From NCBI GenBank assembly GCA_907165135.1, contig OU015567.1, forward strand, positions 14,880,001-14,944,000: a stretch of DNA of 64,000 bases, read 5' to 3'. This document shows, piece after piece, positions 38,428-50,562 of this stretch (position 1 is the stretch's first letter; every line of letters begins with the position of its first letter). The DNA is from Oikopleura dioica (Eukaryota; Animalia; Chordata). The translations under genes and the position numbers were made by a program. The notes under the pieces are model-generated. The model saw only the letters and a program-made list of their open reading frames with translations. It was not told the DNA's origin and did not search any database.

Positions 38428-39334
38428 GCTATTTGACTTGGAGTTCCGATCTTTGGTCATTCTAATTCCCTTTCGTTTATTCAGGAGTTCCATCACTGTA
38501 ACGATTTTCTGAAGCTCATTTTTTATTGTTGAAATTTAATTGTCGGAAAGGAATCGATATTTTTCTGAGTGAATTCCGAATAATTCCTGGTCTACGTTTT
38601 GAATGGTCTTAATGTCGATAATTTTGCATAAATTGCGATCGGCAAAATACTGCTGAGTTGAATCTGGTCGGCTTCCGACCCAGCTCAAAATCCTGTTTAC
38701 TCCACTTCCGCCTCTGGGAACCTCTGACGCTGTTTTTCTCCGAAAAGAAATCACTATGTCCTGAACCTATTTGAACTAAAAACGTGTGTTTCTGTCAAAG
38801 AAGGGTCAAAAAATTGTACAAAATTCAAGATTTTCTATTAAAAAAAGTTGATTCTATTGCGTCAAACCCTCGATTTGAATTATTGACTCAGACAAACGGA
38901 CATCTTTGTGATGCTAATTTAGCTTCTTATGTCGGCCCTTTTGGCGTCTTTCTGAAAGTCATCTGATCCAGGCTGAACAAGTGTGATAAGAAAGTTATCC
39001 CTATCGATGTCTAAATATGCGGTGGCTTCTTCCAAACGGTTGTTAGGAGCTTGCGTTTGCGTTTTCCACGTTGAGGAGGGCTAATCCGCTCTTAGTACTG
39101 ACATCGGCAAGAAAAAGAGGCGGAACGCTGTTAAGCTTTTCAAAAATTTAACTTTTCTGTTGTTTTGCGTCGAATCAGAACCCCGTGGCACCGGATAATA
39201 AATACTTGGGCTAGACTTTTAAACATCCCAATTTGCCAATTCGCGTGAATCTTTTTGGAATTATATTTTATATATTTAACCAGCTCTAGAGGGCTCTTAG
39301 CTTCAATTCCCGATTCTTTCTATAAGGTCCTTCC

Positions 39335-39507
39335 CTCGGCTCGAAAACCTGTGTAGAAACCCTGAGTCAGGATCTGAAAAGATATAAATGAAAAGCCGCG
39401 CAGCGGCTTTTTGAAACGAAGCCGCGAAGCGGCTTTTCAAAATTTATTTATAAACTCAAGCATTAAATTTCCTGACTCAGGTTTTCTACACAGTTTTCCG
39501 AGCCGAG
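39335..39507. mobile_element. Family-A MITE with 8-bp TSD
   Basis: CTCGGCTCG...CGAGCCGAG flanked by GTCCTTCC (39327-39334 and 39508-39515). Confidence 0.9.
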
Positions 39508-39855
39508 GTCCTTCCCCATTTTATTGATTATTTTTTGAAAAAATATTTTTCAAAAACGTTTTGTTCCATGGAAAACCGGTTTCCATTTCGCCTTTTTTAT
39601 CTTTCTCCACAAATGGATAATATTTTTCGAAGATGAGCTTTTCATTTTTCTTATCTTTAGAATAAATGTGAAGTCGAGTTTTCCGCTGGATCATTATCGC
39701 CAGTGCACAGCAACTTTTCGCGGTTTCTTGTCACAAGCGATAGCACTGACCGCCTTGTCCTGATATGGACGCTAGAATCACGTCATGAATCCGCGAAGTC
39801 TGATTCTAGGATTTAAGTGGCTCAACTTTTGTTCAACAAAAGTATTTTTTTCTTA

Positions 39856-39960
39856 TATAATATAATATAATATAATATAATATAATATAATATAATATAA
39901 TATAATATAATATAATATAATATAATATAATATAATATAATATAATATAATATACTATAA
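39856..39960. repeat. (TATAA)n microsatellite
   Basis: 19 perfect units at 39856-39950, then TATAC and one more TATAA. Confidence 0.98.
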
Positions 39961-40037
39961 TAAAGGGGGAGTCCAAGATAAGGGACTTTTTAAAATAAGG
40001 AACGAAGGGTTGGGAATCCGTTAAAATAGAGACCCCC

Positions 40038-40629
40038 AGGATGAATGAAAATGACATTCTCGGGACCAAATCCTGACCCCCATGTTTTTGTGCTCATCTG
40101 AAAGCCCGTGATCTGGGGAGTCGAATGGTATAGGTTTCGGGTCTTAGTCATCAGAAATGACGTCATAGGGCCTCTGTGATTGGTTGGAAACAACCGACAC
40201 CTGTAACTATTAAGTTTGCTGATAAAAGTATGCTGATTTTGGGCTCATTCGAAAGAGCAGGTCGAGATCTACTAGCGGGGCACATGCGGGAGGAATAATT
40301 CCCAGCGGAAAAATTCAAGAGCCACCTAACCACGTGGTCAAAAATTGAAAACCGGTTGGTTGACCCAGATTTGTAGGCCCGCTAGTAGATTTTGAGCTGC
40401 GCTTTCGAATGAGCCCAAAATCAATATAGGTTCCTATATTCAATTAAAAACTAGCGGTAGCTATAGGTTAACCCCATACGGCCCTTCAATTATCCATAAT
40501 GACGTCATTTCCGATGACTCAGCCCCAGAATTATATATCATTCGAATCCTCAGAGCACGGGCTTTCACATAAGCACAAGAAACCTGAGGGTTGGATTTTG
40601 CCCCGAGAATGTTATTTACATTCATCCCC
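40038..40629. mobile_element. Old foldback element with an inner palindrome (about 40234-40423)
   Basis: Degenerate arms of about 130 bp (GGATGAATG...GAAATGACGTCAT) and inner IR GATTTTGGGCTCATTCGAAAG / CTTTCGAATGAGCCCAAAATC. Confidence 0.75.
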
Positions 40630-41616
40630 AATTAATAAAAAATGACATAATCACCATAAACAGTTACACATAGCCGCTGTCACGTTTTGAGTCGGAAAAT
40701 CGCCTCGCCACAAAGGCGGATCAGCTGGTCTCTTGCGCGACTGATCGCATCAACCTTCCGGCGAACTTGTTGCACAATCCCCATGAAAGCATCCAATACC
40801 TCAGTAAACTAACGGAAGGCGAAGACTCGTGATACTAGAAGAGAGGCATCCGAAACGCGCGGAACGTTGCTTGAACAAAGTTATTAGGAGTTTAGAAACA
40901 TTCGCGACACACTTTGCGCGAATTTTTGGTTTTCGCGAGGAGAACAACGCGGTTGCAACGCACCTAGCGCCAGATGATTGGAGACACTTCACATCAAAGA
41001 TGAGGTTCAAGGTACTCTGCCATACAGAAAATTTGAAATTCCGATTCTGCTAAATTCAATCAAGTTCAAAAATTTTTGAAAGACTCAAAAAGTTGATTTT
41101 TTCGCTAGGTTGTGAAATACTTGAAGGCTGGAATAGACGACTTCTCGGAAGGAGCCGTCAAATTAGCATCAGAAATGCTAAGAGGATTAAATCGGAAATA
41201 CCGCAATTGATGGTTCAATGGCAAGAGGAAAATTATTCATTTTTCGGCGACCTCTAACATCGAGGTCTGGCGGAGGGCATTTTGTTCTAATAAGAATTGA
41301 ACACTTCCGTCATTTATTTTCAATCGACTAAAAGATACAGTGGTTATAGAAGTTATATTTCCATAATCCCCGAAATGGGTATATTTGCTCGAATACGGGT
41401 CTTAACCCAGTACCGGAGCTTATCTTCCGAATTGTTGCGTCAGGGGATGATCTTTGGAATGAAGCCGCCACAAGGGAAGTAGAAAGGAAATTCTAGCTCT
41501 AAAAATTGGAAAAACAATGCAACTTTTGGTGGCTTTAGAAAAACTGCTGAAAAGCTGCATTTTTGGTTCATCCAGAAATTGCAAAGAAAAGGCTTTTGAA
41601 GATTCTCAAAGAAAAA

Positions 41617-43025
41617 CTGGCCTTGGCAACCTGTGTAGAAAACCTGAGTCAGGGTTCTGAAAGATCGTTGATAAAAGCCGCACAGCGGCTTTTTAAAAAT
41701 CAAAGCCGCGGAGCGGCTTTAGCAACACTACTCTATCAATCTACTTATTCAACTAGTCAGGGACCCTGACTCAGGTTTTCCATACAGGCCGAGCCAAGTT
41801 AAAAAGCTGAGTAAGAGATTGGAGAAAGGATCTTCTAAGTAACGTGAACATGTCTCGAATCGAATTTGAACAGCTCAGTTTCGCAAAAAGAGGCTCCATT
41901 TCTCAATGTTTTGGTCAGCGTGCAATTAAAGCGCGATTCAACTTAATCCGGCAGAACGTGTTAAAGGTCCCTTCCTAGCTGGTCGGTGCGCGATCGCGAT
42001 TTCATGATATTTTATTTTCCAGCGATGGCCATTTTACAAACCACGTGAAAGTTTAGATAATCGCGGCTTTATACACCGAGTAACATAAAGGCCAGTTTTA
42101 GAAAATTTCTCCAAAGACGGTACTTTCCTCTTTCATGCTTGCCTTGGTAAAAAACTGTGTAGAAAACCTGAGTAAGGGCGGCTTCGTACTTTAAAATGCC
42201 GCTACGAGGCTTTTCATAAATTCTGTTTTAAACCCTGACTCAGGTTTTAACTCAGGCTGCCTCAGAAGCCTAGTCTGGGCTCGGCAACCTGTGTAGAAAA
42301 CCTGAGTCAGGGTCTAAAACAGAATTTATGAAAAGCCGCGTAGCGGCATTTTAAAGAACGAAGCCGTCCTTACTCAGGTTTTCTACACAGGTTTCCAAGC
42401 CAAGAGCCCAGGTTAAAATTTTGGATAGAAGTAGAAATGGATTGTTTTGCAAAAATCGAGTACTTGATCTAATGTGCATAATTTACTCTTTTTAGAGCAA
42501 ATTTGTGGAAACGAGCTCCAAGTGCGTTTTTGGAAAAGAGCTCACTTTGGCGAATCGATCCTGGATGCCACTTGAGATGGTTGGTTGTCTAAACATGAGT
42601 CTTTCTTGAAAGCGGCCATAATTTGACACAGCTGGACTAATTACGCCATTCAAAGCTAAACATTAAAGATGCTGCTCTTCGGGACTTTGGCATGCTTCTT
42701 GAGTGAACTGGAGCTCACAGAAATGAATAATAATGAATTTGGAGTATTGGCAAAACGAGTTAGATGGAGTGCGCAGTCTTGCACAACCACTTCTCTTTAC
42801 CTTTCAAAAGTTACTCGGCAAAAGTGACCAAGAAATGCATCGAATCCAAAATTGTTTCACTGGAAAGATTTTCAATTGAAAAACAGGCAGTTTGCGTAAA
42901 AAACTGAGATGGGCTCAGAAACCTGTGTAGAAAACCTGAGTTAGGGTCTGTGAGAGCTCCGCGGCTTTTGATTTTAACCTTTTCAGGCCTTGACTCAGGT
43001 TTTCTACACAGGTTGCCGAGCCCAG
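41617..43025. mobile_element. Family-A MITE cluster (41617-41800; inverted pair 42145-42410; 42909-43025)
   Basis: Recurrent GGCAACCTGTGTAGAAAACCTGAGTCAGGG and its reverse complement. Confidence 0.85.
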
Positions 43026-44057
43026 AGTAATGGCTTATCGTGAATCAATGTTGTAACAAACGACTCAAGAATCAGTTTTACATGTATCATTCTTTCGTCG
43101 TTTCCGCATTGAACATAAGTCCTACACATGTATACCAACGTTAAGACTGATTTAATTGGGAAACAAGAAATGAGTGTGTTGGAGTCGCAATTGTTTGATC
43201 ACTATTGGTGTAACCGTAAATGAAAATCCGGCGTCTCGCAAGCGGTTTGGTCTGATTGAGTTATGTTTTGTTAAATTGTTACAATTAGCCAACGCACCCC
43301 AAAACAGTTTCTTACGTCGCTGGGGCAAATTACTCGATTGATTAGATGTGATAATTTGGTTTCAGCTCGACTCATCAGATAAACGAAGTGCATAAATATA
43401 GATCATAACACATCTACGCTTTTGTATAATCAGATACAGATATTGTTGGATAAACCGTTGTTCTGACGGATTTTACGCAAAGGTTCAAAATCGTAAAATT
43501 AATTGCCTATTAATTGAATGTAAATATTATTAAATGTTTATTGCTCAAAACTCTAATTGTTTTATGGTTATCATTTTGTCGAGATTTTATATTCACGAGT
43601 TTCATCTAGCAAATTCTTACAGTGAAATTTAAGTTTTCTCATTTTTTTTCATTTTTGCTCTGATGGCTCAGGATGGGTCCGGATGAGTGTTATATGATAA
43701 ATATTATGATAAGTGATCATCAGCAATCAAAATCATGCAAAGAAACCCTAGTTACGTCGACATAAAGAAAAATCAGATTTTGACCTCATGTGACCTCAGG
43801 TGACCTTTTATGACCCCAAGTCACATGTTAAAATGATCAGTGGATCATGGGCTTTCTTTTGATATATTATTCATCCCTTTAAGAGGATGATAAAAAATTC
43901 GATTTTCCCACTGTGCACCCCCTACCTATAAACGAAATGACTCTTCGCGCATCATATTTTTTAGTTAATTCAAAACAAATACCAAAGGCGAATATCCTCC
44001 AGTGCGCCTTTGTTTGATCTCACGCAAGTTTTCGCCTGTATTTTCAAAGGTCTTAAA

Positions 44058-45149
44058 ATGTCGTCCCAAACATCAGATGAAAGTGATCAACCCTCACTCG
44101 TTTATAGTGACGTCACAGATACAACTCCGAGAGATTTTGTGCCTCCTCCTGCTATCAATCAAGGTATTAAATGTGAAACTCTTCCAGTGATTTTATGTGA
44201 GAAGCATAAATTGGCGATATATTATGTAAAACTACGCAATGTAAAAACCTTTTAAAATTTAAGCAGTAATGAATGCGGATATATCAGCTATGATTGAGCA
44301 AAAACTTCAAGAAAAATTAACCCCTATGTGGATCAAAATAAGCAATGCTGATCGAGATCGTCACCGGATGAAAGAAAATTATAAAATTCTTGAAATCGAA
44401 AATCGTCGACTTCGCGAAAAAATTGAAAAACTTGAGCACACTATCGAAAACCGAGAAGCCTCGATGTTGCAAATACAAAAAGAAATGGACGAAATAACTC
44501 GTTCTCTCGAAGAGTTACAGAAAGATGTCTTCTCAAGAACAAGAATGCTTGAAGCTAAAATTATGGACCTACAAATGATGCATAGAAGGCCGGCGTATCG
44601 TCAACAACTCAGTCGACGGAACACTCCAATAAACCCTATTACTGCCGTGTTGAGTACCGGGTTTTCTAGACTTTTATCCTTTCGCCGTCCAGGATCCTTC
44701 ATCCAGGATGAAGAAGAACAATCAGAAAGCCCAACGACGGGACTTGATTATAACTTCGATTTTGAGTCGCAAATTCGTGAAGAACTTAAAATTTTGGCTC
44801 CTGATGCTAGTCGACTTGTTGTAGAGGTAATATAACAGAATCACAATAAAATAGTATTTCTTCAATTCAGCTCAATCTTGGAAAACCTATTCGTTTATGC
44901 GAAGAAAATTGGATATTTGAGTTGTCAGTTTTTCCAAAGAGAGAAATCCGATTAACTATTGCAAGAAGAAATAAACATCAGTGGATTGGTCGACGCTTCA
45001 CTGCGATTTTTGAAGAAAAAGATGGGAATGATCTTAAAAATATTCAACATATTGAGAGTGTGTGCGACAATGAGGAGAGTCTTCCACATGTGAAATACAA
45101 ACTGAAGTTTCCATCCCCACGCTTTAAAGCAACTGTTCTTTTCCAATGA
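44058..45149 (+). CDS. Coiled-coil protein, about 314 aa, with a C-terminal beta-rich domain (exons 44058-44163, 44267-44826, 44871-45149)
   Basis: Two GT-AG introns (103 and 44 nt) join three ORF-track fragments in frame (945 nt). Heptad-rich segment LEIENRRLREKIEKLEHTIEN...LEELQKDV. AATAAA follows the stop. Confidence 0.8.
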
Positions 45150-48100
45150 AATAAAAAGCTATGTAACAAAGGCTATCTTATATTCGCTTTTGATGATGAT
45201 TTATCCTAAATTATGATGAGATAATTGCAGTTGATTATGGATAGACTTTCTTTTCTGAAAAAACTCCGCGAAGACAGTTCGTCTTTGAGATAAAGTCCTT
45301 TGAGATAAGTTCCATAGACGGCTCGCTGATGCTGCTCGGCAAGAGTCTTTTGAAAACAAGAAGAAGCGAGTCAAGAATTGTGAGAAGAAATATTTTCGAA
45401 CGGTGGTTTAATTGCCCGTGCTTCCGGCCACAGTTGGGGCTCAAGGCGACTTGAAATATCAGAAATTATAAAACTGCGCCAAGCAGAAAAATCTTTCGCG
45501 TTGCATCCGGGATGCTTTAGATGGAGAACAGCGCTTCCCTCTCCGTTCTTTAGAACTACTGTAAACAGGCTTTGAACTTGAATTAGATGGGCGCAATTTT
45601 GAAATGTTGAAAAAATGCACTGGAAAGGTCCTTGAGCGACGTGGAGGAAAATGTCGAAAATGACGAGAATAATCGTCGGCCGCAGCTGCGAGGTTCAACG
45701 AAAATCAAAGCGGGAATAATCACGTGACCTTCGTTGGATTAGCCTCACGTGTTTCGCCCATTCTCGGAAGTTGCCTGTCTTCCTTGACCCGCCAGCTAGT
45801 TTAACCGTGATTCTTAAAGAATTACCATTCCGCCAAAAAAGTGAGCAATAATAGTGTTCGAAATCAACCCTTTTTCGTCGTCAAATCCGTTTGGGTAGTG
45901 TTAGATTGGCGGGAAGCAGGATTTAGCGAATCTGAGTCGAGTCGAACTAAAACCAATTAACCGGATTTCACATCATCTAATCTCGCCTGCGATTAATTCT
46001 AAAATCTAATTCTATAGTCCGTTTTAAATTCAAGTTAAGTTGCTGTTCATTTCTATTTATAGCGAAACTGGGGGCTGATTATGTGATCAGATAAATAGGG
46101 CGCTGTATCTTCTACGAAGCCCTGCTTGGTGTGTTTACCAAAAGAGAAAAAGTACTAAGTAGCCGGACATTCCTGCCCGTTCACTTATCTCACGAGAAAA
46201 AGGAGCTGCTTGTCACGATTTTACGAAAAAATTCTACCCGCCTTCGGGTTGATCCCGCAGCAACTCGGCTTGATCTACTTTGAATAATGATCTAATCTTT
46301 CGAAATCATATATATTTTTTTTAATTAATTTATTTGATAACTTTGATTGTGGGGCAGAACAAAGAAAACAAAGTGATTTTAAGGATCTGAATTTTCATTG
46401 GCCGGTAGGCCAAATAGCGCCATCTTATGGGTCTTTCAAAAATGCACTTCCATTTATTTGCCCGTTAAAGAAGGGATCCCCTTATTTTTTTCTTTTGTCC
46501 TTTTTGCGAAAATCTTTCTGGCCCGTCCCAGTTTTTGCTGACAGATTTTGTCGGGCTGAAATACAATTTGCATTTTTCGTGGGTATCGGATCAGCTGACT
46601 CCTGCGGAAGTCACGTTGCATTGGATATTTTTTTGTTGTTCAAAGATTATCAAATCAATCAGCTAAAATTCTTCGGATACTTACTCCTTTTTTGTTTGAA
46701 ATAATTTTTAAGATAAGCTAAAAGACTATTTTGAAAGAGAGAAATCGGACCGTTCCAACCAATTTGGAGGGGAATAACCATAAATTTGCTTTTCAGAGCG
46801 CTAAATAAAGATCATCACGTGGTTTTCCCCACCCTAGAAAAGTGGGTACCGTCAATTTGCCCCCACGTTGTTCACAATCATTTTTCTTGTGTTTTGTTAC
46901 AAAAAATTACAATTGCCAAAATTTTCCCAAAATGAAATAATCAAACAGCTGAAATTTTCGGATGAACTTTCGGTGTTGGAATTCGGGGCATTTTACTGCA
47001 AAGGAAGAGAAATGCTGGGTTACGGCATCGAAAGTACCACAAGCATTTTTGACAATTGAAGGGGTTAAATTTTGGTACTTACAGAGGAATGTTAGGATTA
47101 TCTATTATTTTAAGACGCTGAGAGGCCTCTCTGTCTGAGGGATGTAAAAAAGAGATTAATAAGATGGGATTGTGTCTGGAACCGACAAAAAAAATTTTGA
47201 TAAATATTGCGTTGAAATTTTCAACCAATCAGAAGCCCGGATTCAGCAAACCGGCAAATCAGAAGCCGAGTAGACGCCCACGCAAAATTTGTCGAAATTT
47301 TTTTGTCGGTTCAAGACACCACCCCAATAAAATAGAGGGTACCCTTAGGAAGACCCAACACTTATTGGGGGTCTCCATTTTAACGGGTTTAAAATTTCTC
47401 ACAAAAAATTTCAGAGATATTAAAGAATGCGTTAAAAAGTGACCCCCTTCAGAAAAATGAAATCCGTTAAAATGGACACCCCTCAGAATCTTTTCCCGTT
47501 GAAATGGGACCCCAATTTTATTATGAAAACGTGTGCACAAGCCTGAAGAATTCTGATTCCAGGGACACATTCTTGGATTCATTTTAATATTCTCCGTCGA
47601 TTGAATTTTCCAAAACTCGCCAGTTGCATTGAGTGTTTCCACGACAGTTTTATTCCCGAGAGAAACAGTAAATCTTCTTTTTGGAAAAAATGTTTGGCTA
47701 TGTTCTAAACTTATGTCGAAAAGAGAGAGTCTTGAATTTTCTCAAAGTGGAAGCGAAAATGTGAAGAGAAGAGTTTAACACATTGTGGAACATTTCTCGC
47801 AATTCAATAAAAATAACTGGCTTCAAAACACTAATTCGATCATGCAGAATTTTTTTTCATAAAAATGACGCTTCGGGTTAAAATGATCAATCGAATTCGA
47901 GTTCTGCATAAATTTTATTTTAAATTTTAGTTCAAGTTCTTCCCCAAAATTTTATTTTCTCTGAAATGATTTCTAAGATAAGAAACGCAGTAAAAAGTAC
48001 TGCCAATTTGACAGTGTAAACTCTGCATTGTTTGATGAAGCTTATCGACCCTAGCACCCGTATCTCGGGTTCCAAACAAAGCAGTTTCTATTTGCCACGT

Positions 48101-48155
48101 TCCTTCCTTAGGAAAAACTCAATGTTCCAGTCGTATTTTAGAGATTCTGAAAGCC

Positions 48156-49585
48156 ATGATCTGCAAGCCTTTGTACATCGCAAAACCCGAGGAAGGGGTC
48201 CGAAAACTCGTCAAAATCGCCTCCAAGAGCGTCAGAACAAATTTGAGCGTCGAGCAGACTTTTGAATACTGCCAGACCTTGTGGCAGATTGCTGAAGACG
48301 CGAGAACGCAAAATGATGAAGAATACGAGTATGTGAATAAATGGGCAATGAACAATACGATTGTCAATTTGAAAATGAAACTTGAAAATACAAATCAAGG
48401 AATTGAAAATCACGTTTGTATCGGACGATTTGGGCCGACAATGGATCGTCTTGAAGTTCTCCGAAAATCCCTGGATAAAAGATACAAGGAGAAAATAGAA
48501 AGACCAACGACCGGACAAACTCGTCCAGATGTTCTTCCGCCGATTTCTCTAACTCCTCGGGCTCCATGCGAGCGAGAAACCTGCAAAAATTTACAACAAC
48601 TTTATCATGATTTAATTAAGCAAAATCAAGAAATATGCAAAGATAAAAACGATGCACTCGAAATGATGCGACAAAGAAACGGAATGCGTAGAAAAACTAA
48701 ACCCGATCACCCTAGCAATAATCGAATTAATCAACTGGAAAAAGAGAAAAAAGATCATCTTTTGACAATACAAGCCTTGCAAGCTACAATCGCGAATCAA
48801 CAAAGACAGATAGATTCTGCTATAGGAAACGACGAAAGCAAGAAATTCAAAGATTTAGTGGAGAAGCAAGGGGAGAGAATCGAAGAACTAGAAAAAGAAG
48901 TTAACAACAAACAAAGAAGAATGGAGATTTATGCCCGTGAAAATGCTGAAAAGGATAAGAGAATTTTATCATGTGAACATATCCTCAAAGATCTTACAGA
49001 AGGACAGAAGAGACAATCTCAACAAAGTGAAAAAAGAATAACTGAACTTCAAAAACTTCTGAGAGAAGAAAATCGGGCATTTACGGATTGCGAGAAGCGT
49101 TTATTTGATGCAAGTCGTGCGCTTGCTGTATTCAGAAATCAAGCGCAAAAAGAAGACAATATTCATTTGAAAACTATAAGAAATCGTGACGAATCAATCA
49201 AAATTCTGAAAAAAAGAATCAACAAATTAGAATTTGATCTTGACTGTAGAAACGAACATGGTGCAAATGAAGATGTTCACGAATTACTAGAAAAACTGCA
49301 AAGACTAGAGGCAATCGAAGAAAAGCTTCTGTGCCAAATCTGCTTCGAGTAAGTTGAATCAACAAAACGTTCTATTAGCAAATCTCCGTTTTCATGGTGA
49401 GCTGCGTTGGTTAATTTTTCTTCAGTGATTACAATGATAAGGAGCACTACTCTGCGACCCTGTCCACGTGTGGGCACGTGTTTGGAAAAACTTGCATTGC
49501 AGAAGCTCTCAGGAGTCAGCAACGATGTCCAATTTGCAACAAAAACGCCACCGCGAGAAATATATTGCGAATTTTTCTTGTGTAA
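48156..49585 (+). CDS. Putative RING E3 ligase, about 450 aa: USP8-dimerisation-like N-terminus + coiled coil + C3HGC3 RING (exons 48156-49348, 49426-49585)
   Basis: A 77-nt GT-AG intron splits the RING: CQICFDDYNDKEHYSATLSTCGHVFGKTCIAEALRSQQRCPICNK. About 230 aa of coiled coil precede it. AATAAA lies 3 nt after the stop. An acceptor-like TTTTAG lies 15 nt upstream of the ATG, so an upstream exon or trans-splicing is possible. Confidence 0.88.
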
Positions 49586-50562
49586 CAAATAAATAGCAAA
49601 AAAGGGATGAACACGTGAACAGTTACATATCACTCGACTCCTCCCTTACTTATCAACAGATGAGTCTAACGGCCGAATTGGCAAACAGCGGTGACTATCT
49701 CAAGATTTTTTGTAAACTCTCCTAGGAAATTTAAAGCGCCCGAATTTTGTGTCACGTTTTTGATAATGCTCATTTCAATTAATTATTTGTTGTTTCGGAG
49801 TTGTTTGGGCCGACTTTTTTCTTTTATTTTTTAGACGAACTTTTGAGTCTTGAAATACGATTTTGGAAGACACGGCAAAGGGAAACTAGAGCAATCAGAA
49901 AGGGTGGATAATTGGAGATATTTCCGGTGGAAGCGAGATTGAAGTGATCTTCTTTTTGGACTGAAAGCTGAAAGGCCGATCCGATTCTTGGCCAAATGTC
50001 GTCTCTTCCGATTGAGCCTGTTAGTCAGGCTCATTACTTCCGCTCCAGGGATTTTATCAACGTTTTTGCCCGTTTGAAATTGCCTTATTGTTCAACCCTC
50101 TTTTTTGGCTGCGAGAAAATTGATGACGAGCAAAAAGCCCTACCGAATTAGTCGCGGATAAATCAAATGTAAAAATAATCCGGAGAGCTTGGAGCGCTGA
50201 TTCATAACACGACTTTTAAGCGCTATAAATATCCTTTTCCCCCAAGCTTACTCGCTCTAAACAGTCTTATGCAACATTACTTTACTGTATGCATGTTGTT
50301 AGTACACTGCCCCGGCCTAGTCAGCCTTGGCGACTTCTATCAAGTGTTGAGAAAAGCGTAAAATTGCCGATTGTATAAATTATTCAAAATTGTCCCCAGC
50401 CAACCGGTTGGTTTTGTGAAAGCAGCGCGGTTGGAATTCGAAATTTCCATCAGCAACAGAGCCCATTTAATTAGACTCATGGTAATTGATCTAATCACTC
50501 ATAGAAATAAAAATTACCCATCAAGTAATTTAACTAAAATTACTTTTTAAAGAAATTCAAGA

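Noticed and set aside
39690-39780. Minus-strand RPYQDKAV resembles an SF2 helicase Q-motif
   Set aside because: The frame stops within about 25 codons and no Walker A (GxGKT) follows.
39833-40069. 78-aa ORF with (YYIIL)n
   Set aside because: It is a translation of the (TATAA)n microsatellite.
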